This document shows positions 50,691-63,760 of a DNA stretch of 64,000 bases, piece by piece. Source of the DNA: Phoronis australis (lineage: Eukaryota > Animalia > Phoronida). The notes beneath the pieces were generated by a model that saw only the letters and a list, made by a program, of their open reading frames with translations, was not told the origin of the DNA and made no database searches. The translations under genes and the position numbers were made by a program. Numbering within the stretch: the first letter of the stretch is position 1; every line of letters starts with the position of its first letter. The DNA is taken from assembly GCA_002633005.1 (NCBI GenBank), contig NMRA01000109.1:408624-472623 (forward strand), written 5' to 3'.

Positions 50691-52643
50691 GTGAGTATTG
50701 AACACACCACTACTACTCAATAAGAACGACCATCAATGCAAAGGGAGAAATAATTAAGTAAAATTCATGGTAACCAAAATGTCAAACCTGTACGACTTAA
50801 TTGCGCATCTTTTCTTTACCCAAACTAAAGATTTCCCCCCTCAAAACCGTATTGAAATATACCCAACCGAGCCGACCTCGTGAAAAATAACCCCGGTTAG
50901 TTTTTTTACAGGGTCTAAATTTAATTTGAAGAATTTTCAACCCATGAAAAATGACCCAACGTCCGTGGAAAATGACCCGTCATTATTCAAGGTTTCCCCC
51001 CAATAGGGGGTTAGAAAAAGCAGACAGTGTGCGTGAGAAAAGAATTTATTTTAAAATTTTCGGCTAAGGGTCGCACAGTAGGTATATCAGAATAAGGGCG
51101 GGGATGGCGGATAGGAACGGTCCGAAATAATATGTTGGAGCGGGGCTGATCGCTTTGTGAGCGCACACTTACACGGTGTGGCAATAATATAAAACGCCAA
51201 CAAATGCTTGGTGCTTGGTGCTTGATCGGGGTACTTCAGATTCGTGAGAGAGGAATATCGTGCGTGAGAGAAGAATATTTGTTCGTCGGCAATTCCGAGC
51301 GATGCCCAGGGACGGAACTGAGTCTGTGTTCTTTGCTTTTTACATAACGGCGTTTTACTGTTGAGTCTAACTTGGTAAGTTGTATATCACAAGTTGGGCG
51401 GATGACCGCCGTAGCCAATATCTTACTCTGACGACTGATTAGCCCATTCTGGCAAATAGGGACGGAGCATAGACATGTCATACTATGATATACTGTGATG
51501 TCTATGGGGTGGAGGGTCAGCTCTCTTTTGTTCCATAATTGCTCCAATCTCCGATAAGATCTTATCTTCTATCCTCACTGGGCTCTGCTGTTAAAAAATA
51601 AATTAAGTTAGTACCACAAAAAAGATTATGCTCGGCAGTTAACAAAGGAGCTAGATATTATCACAAGCTCACAACCCCTGTACTGAACGGGAGAACGCCC
51701 TAATGAACTTTAAAACCTGTCATTAATTTGTATGACCCCAATGAGGTCATTTTTTCACAGTAGTTCACATTAAATTCAGACCCCATTAAAAGCGATCCGG
51801 GTCATATTTTACTTTTACAAAGTTACCCGGGGTCATTGTTTAAAACTGAGTGAACAGGCTTATTGGGGCACAACGAAAGAACGTCCCGAGTGAGCGGCAT
51901 GTCTCCTGGATATAATGTATTTGCATCGAGCGACACGAATTAAATGATAGATTTGGGCGATCTTAGTGGTTTTCTTGAAAAAAAACAAAAATTAAAACGC
52001 TCGCAGTGGATTGACAGGCGTGCTGCCGCTCAGGCCACTCGAGAATTTGTAACTGGTTGCGATCTTCTAATAGTTTGATATTTTCTCTATCGACTGATTA
52101 ACTCTTAAAAACACATTTAAGTGCTACATCACATGTTTTTTGTATGTTTCTGTAAAAGGACAATATTCGGCCTCTTTATTTGTTAGATATCGCGCTTGAA
52201 AAGGACAATTTACCCCTTTTGTTTACACGGCAATTAGCCGTGTCACGTGACTAGTAGCACTCTACAATATGGCTTCAAGTTGTCACCTGCAATAGCGCGT
52301 GCGCCCGGTCTATAGTATTAAGATGTCTACGGGTGTTTTATTCAGATCCCTGTCCAATATACAACTGTTATCCGCCTTTTCTTGCCTGTGACGAGATCTC
52401 GAGATGACGTAACATGGCACGAAAAAGCAGCTTCACCTATCAGTTGACGAGCTTACATTAGGGTGATTGTATTCGCTTTTACTCATATTACTAGGGCTTT
52501 CTGGTTAGACCAATACATCTTAAATAATTAATTTCCGTTGAAGGTAGGCTTTAAGTGGCGGTGTTGGACACTGAAATACAAATGACCTCATAATGTGTAG
52601 CACCATGGTACATTTGTTTATTTTTTCTTCTTGAACTTTATAG

Positions 52644-52664
52644 TGATTTCAAAGCAAGACAACG
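52644..52664 (+). CDS. Micro-exon, type C, 21 nt, phase 1-1 (x-ISKQDN-x)
   Basis: ttttttcttcttgaactttatag|TGATTTCAAAGCAAGACAACG|gtgagtt. Confidence 0.7.
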
Positions 52665-53192
52665 GTGAGTTGAGTCACTTTTTTGTTCATGTTTCACATT
52701 TTCATGGTTTTTAAATAACGTGAAAGGGCCTTATACATGTACTGAAGATTGGTCATTATCCTGCCAAATGATATAGTCAACTGGAGACAAAGCTTGCTCT
52801 GTATTATCATCTGTTGTGGTTGAAATATATTTGTCAATTGGATTAAAGTTCCTGCATGTGGAGGATACTTGTGCACAATGCCAAGGAGAGTTGAACTCGT
52901 GGTTTCGTTCTACTTAGTATTTGGTGCAACATGAGACTTAAAGGGTAGTTATGCCGAGAAAATGCTCCAAGGCTTTTACTTCTCTAGCTTTCACTGTTGT
53001 GACTGTATATAGTTTCTTAGGTATAATGTGAATACCAGGAACAACTTGAAATGTGAAAAGGCTGAGATAGTTTGCGATATCTTTAAACACGGTATAATTC
53101 ATTAAGCTACTTAAATTACTCTCCATGAGTTGTAAGCTGTACAGGAGTTAGGTGTTCAAAACCAGGTTTGGTATCAAAATAACATTTGCCAT

Positions 53193-53977
53193 CATAGACT
53201 GGACCGCCAACTCCGTATACTTTCAATGGACGAAATCTGTGACCTTAGGCACAAGCCCTTACGTCATTATTCACTGGCGACATCTGGCTAAATTTTCTGG
53301 TGCAATTTCCGGCAAGTACGTCGTCTGTTAATCATGGTCGGCTACTGTGTGGCCGGTTGTTCGGTCACACACGCGAAATGCAAAGGAATTAGCTTCTATG
53401 CCATCCGAAGACCCCATAATCGGCTGTGGGAAGAAAACCTTACTTCTTGTGTCAACGTGAATGGCAGTTGTTTCAGCAATAAGACTTTATAGATTTGTTC
53501 AAGGCACTTCGAAGATGAATGTTTTTAAGAGACTCTAATACTTAATCCTGTCTTCACAAATCCATTTTTGTTTTCTCCGTTTTGATGAAAACTATCTGGT
53601 AAACTTTTTGACGAAAATTATCCGCTAAATTTCTTCCAAAGGTAGTGACTCGTAAACTCTTGTCCTTACGAGGAAGTTCAGCCATAGCCTAGCGAGCGAA
53701 TTAACCAAATTACTCTTCGCTGGCCCTGATCAGACGGTTGGTCTCAGCAGAATGCGCACATTTGGCCAGGATTTGGATCAGCGATTTCAACAAATTCACA
53801 TTCGTGTACAAATAAGTAGAACGCTGGAAAAAACCTTTAACATAAATAAAGATTACATTAATACTTCATAAATTACCACCCGGACCAGTCAAAATCTATC
53901 TCACAATTCAACAGCAGGTTACAGACTCATTTCATGTCGAATATATGTCGCACAAAATCTCTCGACTGCAGTCTATG
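53193..53977 (+). mobile_element. P-element-like non-autonomous element with a THAP-domain relic
   Basis: CATAGACTG ... CAGTCTATG termini; MVGYCVAGCS...ICSRHFEDECF at about 53334-53526 with an internal stop; no TSD recognised. Confidence 0.6.
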
Positions 53978-55495
53978 AAAATGCAACCAACTTCTGTGAA
54001 AACTTGGAACAGGAACACCAGAGGGGTGTAAAGGTTGTTTTTATTCTTCAATGTTAAATTTTTTGTAAGCGGCCATATGGTTTTTTAAATTTCCGCCTTA
54101 AGTCCTAACATTTCTAAACTTAAGCCTTTCAAACGAACGTTTATGACGAAAACAAAATTCTTCAACCAGTTTTGTAAAGTCCTATGCCACCTGTAGGATA
54201 CATAATGAGCCAATTCCACTCCTAGTGTAACAAAAGGGTCCCGTGCATAAAGGATACTAAGTATTGCCCTTCTGAAATATTACCGTATGCGCCCTAATAA
54301 GCGGCCAGGGTGCTTAGAAAAATCCGCTTCAGGAAGGGGGCGCTTATTATAGCCCGAAAGTGGTTGAAACCCGGTCTCCGAAACAGGTGAAATCGTAAGC
54401 TAGAATTCATCAAAGCTACGCTCTGTGACGCATCTGTAACGTATGAACAGAGTTTCTACAAAACTGCAGTGCATTGCTATCAAACTTTGTTGTCAACTTA
54501 CGAGCATTTTTTAGAAAATACCACTGCCAAAAATCGCCGTGAATCACGCGAAACATTTCTACCTTACAAATCTGACAATCCCTAATCTCAGAAAATTCGA
54601 GCACCCGGCAAAAGATACTAATGATGAAATTCTGGTGATGATAATCACCCACTTTGTTTATTTACTTCACCTCAATTTGAAATACTTGGTAAAATGAAGC
54701 CCATTCGAGTAAGCATCATGTGGGTCCCAATGCCAACCCAATATATGATAGAACCCAACAAGCTCAAGTTGCTGTCAGGATGGGCATAAATAAGGAAATT
54801 TACTGTATCAACAGATTGGCCAAATAAAAATAAGATACAAAGTGTTGCTACAGTGCACACGTGCACGATACTTGGTCTATTATTTTCCCGTCGTAAATGC
54901 ATGAACCAATCAGATCACCAATGGCGCAAAGTTTTCGAAAACAGCACGATTTTTAGGGAGTCCTGTTTTACTGTTCTATTTATTTTCAAAACTTTATTGT
55001 GTTACATTTAGTTGATTTTCTGTTCAACTCAATGAAGCCACCTAATATGAATGCATTCAACACAATTAATGCATTGTAAAAACCAAAAGTTATGCTCTAT
55101 CAACGTTAGACAAAATCAGAACACCCCTTTCTTAAAAATGGGTTAAAACTTAGAAACAAAGGACACAAGTTTCCATCACTTGTAACGTTGATTTTCTACA
55201 TTGATGCTGGGGAGGAACAACAGTCTGGCGACAGCAACACGTAATCACACGAAGGCGATGATTTTCAAAATTTGATTCGTTTTCGTAGTATGTCTTTTTT
55301 CCCTATGGTTCAGGGCTATTTCTGAATCCAGGAACAATAACTGAAAAAGGCAGGGTTCGTGATAACGTTGGAGAACGGTAATATTTACATAAGGTGATAA
55401 AACTGTCATCGATATTGTCATCTCCTCTGTTTTCATCCAACCTTCCCAGATGAAAACTTGAATGAAGTGGACCTTCAGTACTTGAGTGTAGTCGG

Positions 55496-58400
55496 TAGGC
55501 CAGATCTCAAGCGTTCATCCTTGTGAGTACTTTGGGGGGCAACATAGTTTTTTCTATGTGGCTAGATAATATACCTATAAATCAATTTCCAAAAAGTTCC
55601 CACGTCTACACTTGCACATTTTTTTAAAAAAGGTTTTTTTGTTGCACAAAATATGATGCACATTCCTGCCACTTGGAAGCGCTTTTCTATTGAATTGACC
55701 AATCAGAGAGCCAGATTGTATTGTTGTGCTTAGTTACTTAAATATGGCTGCTCCCATGGAATGTGGTGCCTGTATAATTCAAGGTTTATCAAACAGCACA
55801 AACTTGTGATGCCAGAGCCCTAAAGAAGCTTAGGAAAGCTTCCTGACGAAAGCTGATGGACTCTGGAACTCTGTAGATCAGTAGATAAAAAAGAAGAAGA
55901 GGTGTCACAAACGTTTGTAAAGAAAACAGCTGCGTGTCCTGGTATAGCCTACACAGTATACTGCTGAGTGCTGTAGACTAGAAGACCACGTGTCAGACCA
56001 AAAAATTGAAAGGACATAGAACGACATAGCAACATTTCAAGGCACCAGCAGTAGTACTAAAGCTGAAGTTGGTGAAAGTGATACAGATGTTATCCAAGAT
56101 TTCCCAAGAAAATCAATTATACTTCCAATATCTGAAACACCCAATTAACCTGAACAAGATAGGAACATTCTGAAACATGAGTGCATCATTTGTTAGAAGG
56201 AAAAGTATATTATGGACCATATTTCAAGAAAGAGCAAGAACTATAGCTTTCAAATACAGGTACGTGTTTTTGAAAGGTACATCTTGGTGTTTTCCAGGTG
56301 TGTTTCAGTATTATCACAAGTTGTTTTTTTAAATGTTCAGCACCTTGGCTGCCTAGGCCTTAGACAATACCGCTGACCCAGTAGAGACGGTGATCATACC
56401 ATAGGTACTCCATATGCCGGACGCTTTTCGGCAAATTATGTGCCTATAAGTTTAGAAGTACCGCGTAGAGAGATGCCTCTGAGGAGGTCGTTAACAATTA
56501 AATACTCCTGCAATCCTATTTTTCGAACACTCCATTGTTCAGTTGCCACATTGACACTGCTTGCGCTAAGGGATAATCATATGGCGTTATACTGTGGGTG
56601 TGATTTTAAAGCACTTTGAGTCAAAAATTTTTGAGAAGGTTAAATTGGAGTAGATGGTTGCAAACAACATTCCCAAGTGGCCGTCATCCCCTGCCGTAGT
56701 ACTGGGATAAGGGGAATCTCTTCTCAATTTTTTGTAAACATTAATTACTTAGGTAGCTGCAATGATAATTAAATTAAAGTGCTTAAGTGGCCATCGTCAC
56801 TGTCGTAATTTGAGGACGATGGAAGCCACTGTCCATTTCGTCAAACGTCGATTACTTTCAGTGTAAATCGATTGACTATGGTTTTAGCATCTGATTTAAA
56901 AAAATTAAATTTCAATCACTGCACTGGTATATCAGCTGATTTAATTTCAGTTGCATCAACTAATCTAATTATGAGATGATCAACATTTTTTAGGCGACAG
57001 AACAGACGGCATGCAAATTTGTTAGGCTGGTGGTGGATCAGTTCCTGATAAGTCCGTCTGAAAAAGTTGCATGCCAACTCACTCATAGTTGATGATTAGT
57101 GTTAACAGTTCGGGTTTTTTTCAGTTGGACTTGTATCGCAAGCAACAGCTCAGTCCAGAGCCCTGAATATGCAAATGAAATTCAAAGATAAAGACCTTGT
57201 GTCTTAGAAGCCAAGTACCACAGATCATCATGCTATAAAAAATAGAAAGACAAAGATTGTGAATTGAGTGACAAATCCACAGTTTTCAGAGATGTTTTTC
57301 TACAGTTTTGTTTGGAGTTCATTGAATCAAAGCTTCTAGCACATGGAGATGTCATTTGCCTTTCAAAACTAAAGCAAGACTTTGAAGCTGTTCTTCAGAA
57401 GGCTGGTGTGCATGAAGTTATTTGGACAGGCAATCTTAAGAAATATTGTTGAAGGTACTCACTGTTGTAGTTTGTGCCCGACTAAGAGAAACGAAATTGA
57501 ATTGAGGCTAGTGTTCAATAATTCACTTGCTGACTCTAATGAACACAGCCCATTATAACATATTTTGAATCAAACGTTTGCCCAAATAGTGCCCGCCTCC
57601 AAACAAGGACTTAGTGTTTGACCCTTTATTGCCTTCGGGCCAATCACCAGTGTGCAGTGCTGTACCCTCTCCAATCGACCATAGTTGGCTCCTTGGCGGT
57701 GGAGCTTTGCAGTTAAAATGTATGACAATGCCTGCATCTCCATTGACAGTACTAAACGATGAACGCTGCAAGTGCAAAAAGAACATGTGTGCTGGGAAAC
57801 TGAGTTTGTGCTGCAATGCTGGGTCAAACTGTACAGAAATGTGCAGCTGTGACAACTGTAGTAACATCAGCAACACTGACTGCATAACATTGGATAGTTC
57901 TTTGACAAGTCAACCCTAAATAGACCTCCAACCTCGTTATTTTGTTTTTTTTTGTATTAAAAAGTTAATTTTATTTGTTGATTAAGTCACAGAAAGTACA
58001 TACTTTGATCATTGTCATGTATTTGTCTCATACTGTTTGATAAACGCTGTCAGAATAATCTATTATTTTCATACAGTCTGTGTGCACATTCACAGAGCAC
58101 AGAGATCATTCCACTATATTGTTTTTGTACTATAACGTATTTCTGGTGTATTATGCAAACAAGCTTATTTTACAAAATTAGTCAATGTTTTAGTCATTGG
58201 GGCACAAATTTTGCCCAGTCTCAAGTGTTTTGTTTTATTTTTGTTGTCAGACAATGCCAGAATAACTTCCTAGTAACATCCAGACTTAGTTTGCATTTTT
58301 GCCACTAGGTGTCTCTTTACATTTTTTTAAATTTCACTGTTTACAATTAATCTACAATAGTAAAACATGTAATGTAAGTTTAATATTGTTCAATACAATG

Positions 58401-58646
58401 GCACTGATGGGACCATATTACTTGTTTTACAAAAAAGTCACCAAAACTGTTGTTTTTACAAATATAAGTTTACTAAGCTCTTTTGTGATTATTAGGTAAC
58501 TTCAAACTCAAATTTCTCAAAAATGTGCAACTTTATATATGGAAACTTTTTAGATTTTGAAAACACTCTAATAAATGAATTAAAAAACACCAAAATAAAA
58601 TTGCCCCCCTAAAGTACTCACAAAAACCATTTTTCTATAGGCCCTA
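55496..58646 (+). mobile_element. Degenerate Academ-like DNA transposon
   Basis: TAGG...CCTA ends with subterminal inverted repeat ttgtgagtactttggggggcaa / ttgccccctaaagtactcacaa; C-terminal PSPIDHSW and Cys-rich CKCKKNMC...CCNAGSNCTEMCSCDNCSN (ORF 57614-57919). Confidence 0.65.
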
Positions 58647-59381
58647 CAAATTCTGGCCCACCAACAAATGAGCATGGTATACTGTGCGATTTATGTTGAA
58701 TTATTCAACGGTTCTTTTAAGAACCATTTCACGCTACACCTACAACCAACGGCCCTTTTAAGGGCCACTCAACACTACCCAGAAGAACTGCTCACTTGAG
58801 AATGTTGATTTATAAACATGCCTTCCGTAGTTTTCTCAGTAGGCCTATGTGAACCATAAACAGAGACCGCCATAAATCAAAAACTGTCCGATAACTATGC
58901 TGCTATTGGGCAAGCAGACGACATAATCAGTCGGCACCGAAGTTTGAATTTTGCAATTAATTACCAGTAGCATTGCCAAAAGTATTCACAATACCAACAC
59001 TTCTACTATTGAACGACTTTGAAAGGCGTTTCAATGCCGAAATTAATATTTTTTTCGTTGTTTTGGACAGTAAAGTAGATGCAAGTATTTCTTGTCAAAA
59101 TGCACTAACCGGAAACTGCACCAGAAAGGTCAGGAGAGTTCAGCTCAGCATGTAAGGATATGCCGGAGTTGCGAATCTGTTGTCTATAGTCTATGTTGCA
59201 ATGAAGGCACAAGATGGCTATGTACCTTATATCAACAAATGAACAGAATTAGAAAATTTCGAAAAAATTAACTCGCAAAATTCACCATAGAGTTTGACAA
59301 GTCCCTAACGGGCACATGCTGTAAGACGTAAGGTGTTTCTAAATAAGCAAGGATGTTAACGTCATTGTGTACGTCATACAG

Positions 59382-59393
59382 GTACTGACAAGG
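59382..59393 (+). CDS. Micro-exon, type D, 12 nt, phase 1-1 (x-TDK-x)
   Basis: gtacgtcatacag|GTACTGACAAGG|gtaagcattt. Confidence 0.55.
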
Positions 59394-59488
59394 GTAAGCA
59401 TTTGTTACTAGTCGAAATGCATTTTCTCCAAGTATGTTGTGTTGTCATTTTTATGCTTCTCTTTCTGTTTCTTGTTTGCACGCTACAG

Positions 59489-59508
59489 GTTTCGTTAGGT
59501 CAACATGA
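59489..59508 (+). CDS. Candidate terminal exon (x-FVRST-stop)
   Basis: Strong acceptor ttctctttctgtttcttgtttgcacgctacag|GT TTC GTT AGG TCA ACA TGA, 95 nt after the type D exon. Confidence 0.4.
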
Positions 59509-60119
59509 AATTTTTCAAAACACTTGGGTTGCCGTTTCAATTATTAGCCGACTGCCCTTACATGTATAGGGCAACTGGCTTACTAGGTTTCCTATCTATG
59601 ATCCATATACTCTGGAAAACATTGCAGTTTTCCTCCAATTACGTAATGCAAGTTTTATTTGAACGTTTGAGAAAAATTCGCAAGTCCCGAGCTAAAGATT
59701 CCTGTCCAAAATATCCTAATTCCATCCCGACACTGCAGACTAATGATCTACATGCATAGAGACGAACTCGAGAATCCCGGATAAGCGTCACATTTCACAT
59801 AATTTTCACCCAATGATGTGAAGATTTGTGAACACTCACGAATTTGACATCTGTAGATCAGTGCAATTGGATTCATATTCGATTGAAATTATTATGATTT
59901 GGTTTACACGATTTCCCGAGTCAGTCTGCATTCTCTTTGTCACCGGTGATTGACAGATAAGGTCCATTTTGAAATGCTGTCACACTTATTCACTGGGAAT
60001 TTCTAAGTGAGATTCTTACCTGAATTTGTACATTTTGCAAGGCTCCTACAGTTGCTGGACCATTAAACATGTTTCATCGATTGTGCGTAAACACATGATT
60101 GCATGTTACTGATTGTATT

Positions 60120-61129
60120 CATAGGCGGATTTAGGGGAGCCCAGGGGGCCCGCCCCCCCCCCCCCTTGGCTGCCGCAAAAAAATAAAACAGTAAGAGCGT
60201 AGGGAAATGGTGAGTTTATTAATTAAACCCGGTATTTAAAAATATACGGATGAAAAAAGATTTAAATGTGTGCAGTTTTAGTGTTGGGGGGGGCTCAAAT
60301 CCAATTTCAAGTGTCAAATTCGGAACACGGCGCGTTCATAACGGAACTATGGCTAAGTATAGAATCTCCCGCGATACCCTAGGCGACCGGCAGTAGCGCT
60401 GTGCACTACAACTCCGTTTCCGTTGTCTGCTCCACTGCGGAATGAAGAAAATTTACTTCATTTTTTAAAGAAAATGGAACCTGAGTGACGATGAAAAAAC
60501 AGAAGCTGCTGGAAAGATGTGAATTTTAATCGAAGCCTTAGTGAATCACTCAGAAACTCGCAATACTCTCTTTGTCAAACCTTATCTTAAGACGGTTTCC
60601 AAAGCAATCCCTTCATTATTGCCAACACGAAAAAAGGATTTGGTCTTTTGGGCATTTGAAGACTATTTCAAATACGAGAAATTTGTTAAGAATTGATGGC
60701 ACAAAATATAAAACGTGTGATAAGCATTACAAAAAGAAGTAGGTTTCGCACGCAAACGCTGTGGCCCATAAACAAGTAAGTATTTTAGTATGAAAGTAGT
60801 AGTCAAATCGTGGTGGTGTAGTGGTAACGTACGCGCGCTCTGTCCGCCAGGTCGTGAGTTCGAGTGCTTGATACTTGCATTTTTTTTCCTGTTTGACACG
60901 TTCTCCGTGTTTTTATTTTGCCTTTTTTTCTTGGATAATACTTCAGGAATCAAGGAAAATGCTTGATTTTTAGAGGTAAAAACAGAAAAATTTCCTGGGC
61001 GGGAGGGGGGTTTGCCGACCTCCCCCCATTCGGTACTATGCGCATCTACATTCGTGGTTCAGTTTGCGCAAATGCTTCCAACCGGACAAAATGTTGGGCC
61101 CCCCTTGTGATATCCAAGATCCGCCACTG
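60120..61129. mobile_element. MITE with CA(T/G)(A/T)GGCGGAT inverted ends
   Basis: cataggcggatttagggg ... gatccgccactg; 'gtatt' on both flanks. Confidence 0.6.
60808..60872 (+). repeat. tRNA-derived (SINE-head-like) fragment
   Basis: A-box-like tggtgtagtgg and B-box-like gagttcgagtg; no complete cloverleaf. Confidence 0.45.
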
Positions 61130-61327
61130 GTATTTAGCAGGTTTTGACAACCAATGCTTTTACATTGTACGCAGTAGAAAATTTCAACCTTAAAGTGCAT
61201 TTACGGCGAAAATGGTAAAGCGTTATTACCAAGCAGTGAATATATTTTGGGTTAAAATTTAAGGTGGCGGTCCCGCTGGAAAGAGTATCAATGGCTCTTC
61301 ACCTAATGATGGCGGCCAAACCGGAGG

Positions 61328-61428
61328 CGGTGGTGAGGACAAAAAAGATATTGAAAAAGGTGGTGAGGACAAAACAGACATTGAAGAAGGTGGTGAGGAC
61401 GAACAAGACATTGAAGAAGACGGTGAGA
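61328..61428. repeat. 30-bp minisatellite, about 3.3 copies
   Basis: ggtggtgaggacaaaa(c/a)aga(c/t)attgaa(g/a)aa repeated. Confidence 0.85.
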
Positions 61429-62799
61429 GAAAATTAGTTCTGGAAATTCTTGCAGTTGCCGAACATTAAAAAATCGAGATTCCGCCATTTACTCTGCAAT
61501 TAACACATCAATCATCACCCTGATTCCTAGCAATAGACTTAGTTACGAGATTTCTGTTTTTGAAAACCTACATTTCAATGAGATTGAGCAGGTTTGAAAT
61601 GAGTATTTAAATAATTAAATTTTGATACACGGACAAAATTTTGTAGCAAACCGCAGGTAGTGTAGTTTTCAAATTGAACTGGACACATTTCGACTGAACT
61701 CTCTCAAAATCTACCAAATTTTGACGCACGTTAGCTTCAAGATAGAATTGTTTTGCATGTTCATGTCCTTGACTAAATTGAAGCGAGATTGCTCTTTGTT
61801 AGGTGTCGACCACTTGCCTGCAGTGTATTTTAAACACATTGGTAATTTATTCTCAGTGAGTACTGATAAAGGTTTTCTGTCTTCACGCCAAATGCGATTG
61901 CTCTGAGAAGTATTAGGTCGCTGTTGTAGTCAACTTCTTAAAGAGGACGTATTTGGTGTCATCTAAGTGACTATTGCCTAATCTATTACTAATCTAGAGG
62001 TAGCTGGTATAAGAAAACCCTGGTGAATAATGGTTACGTATCCATATTAGCCGATTCATGAGCAAAATTAATTATGAAGTCCCTGTACGTCGGACTGGTG
62101 TAACCAAAAAAGGTATTTTACAAAAATGTATGTCCCATAATTACCTCCAGGACGAACACGTCATTAAGAAAATCATTAGGGATAATGTTAAAGTTTGAAA
62201 GCGTGATGATAACCTTGATGTTATTATTAATTATAGGAATACGAAGTTCTCCAGATTTTCCTTGAAAAATAACATTTCTAAAGCTTAACTCCACGCCGTG
62301 CTGTTTATGAGTTTGTATGCCCTATGAACGAATGCCTTTGTTCAAACGTCATGGTAGTGTTACATTGGTCAAATGGTTTGCATTTTGTCCCGTCGGTTAT
62401 CTATGCATCTTCAAAATGGCGCTAACCAAGAACATTTTCAGCAATTTCACGAACGTAAAATTACCCGACAAGAAAATGTGGAAAACACGTCATTTCCGTA
62501 CGTACACTGTAAAGCACGATACACTGCTATTGAGTATTGGAGTCCCTTTTGCTTGCATTTGAGAAGCCTGTTATGAATGAGCCGCAAACAAGGTCGCGGC
62601 GCTTGTCTTTTAATCATGTCTCTTGGTCAGGTGTTTCACCAGTGTTCTGTTGAGTTTCAAACTTTGCTCCGAGGATACAAAGGGTCGGAATAAAGATTGT
62701 TAAGAACGATAATGGTCGTGAATTTTCCAATTTTGCATATCGGAAAAGTTGCTCCCGAAGTACAGCCGATGAGTACATTAAACACGCTGCACATTCTAC

Positions 62800-63760
62800 A
62801 GTTCTATAACTCACGAGGCCAGTTTTGGTTGGCCACAGTGAAAACTGTAACTCTCTACCAGCAAGCACTGCATTAGCAAACTGTTTCCACGTCTCCGAGG
62901 CTGCTCTCAAACCTTGTGACTTGAAAACTCGAAGCAGAGCAATATCGCACGAATGGTTGGCTAATTTAGGTGTGACATTTTAAGCACGCAAAGTAAACAA
63001 TGGCCAAAGAAGATAAAATACTGCTCCTGTATCTGCTGCATAGACGACAAGCTGGGCTTTGAGGTGTTTGGGTGCATCCTATCAACAAAGGCAATGAACG
63101 TCGTCCAAAAGGCCGAGCATTGGAATTCTTGTAAGGCATGCCATCCGTCGAGACGTGATTTGTCACACAAAAGACACATGTCTTACCAAACGAATAAGCA
63201 CGCCGTCCCTGTTCAAATGGAGTCCATAAAATTTTCATGGTTAAGTCAAAATTAGTTTGATGCTTGTGATTGGTCATGGGTATTAAGGTGCCTTGAAAAT
63301 TGCCAACATCTTGTGTGGTACACATTAGCATTTCCGTGAAGACACGGTTCAAATAAGAAATACGTGCTCTAAGTCAGAAAACTAAAATGGAAAACTGGTT
63401 GTGTAACGTGATGGCCCAATCTTCCAGAAATGTGACTTAATTCAGGATGCAAATTGTGTATTTCGTTCCCAAATTACGACCAAAAATAAAAATGACGAAA
63501 TTATTTTAACGAACTTGCCTTCAACTTTGCCTCCACCATATTAGCACTAGTGTTTATGCTTTCAATGAACTCAAGTAGATGCGACGAAGTCAATTGAGCG
63601 AACCCGTGGACATTGCTTGTCACACAGGTAAGCGGACAAATTTTGATCACATATTCTTCTTCGGTTAGTAGCAGGTTCAGGGCTTCTTGTGTCCCAAGTG
63701 AACTTCCATGGACTCCGTGATTACCAAATCGTTCATCCCGACGAGTCTAGTCTTTCAAAC
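62800..63760 (-). pseudogene. Possible degenerate transposase-like coding relic
   Basis: Overlapping broken minus-strand ORFs (HVSTDGMPY; TMKILWTP); family not identified. Confidence 0.3.

Noticed and set aside
57614-57919. Metallothionein or tesmin-like host gene
   Set aside because: Lies within Academ-like termini among frameshifted relics; better explained as a transposase C-terminus
60808-60872. Functional tRNA gene
   Set aside because: A and B boxes are present but the acceptor and anticodon stems do not pair; it lies inside a MITE
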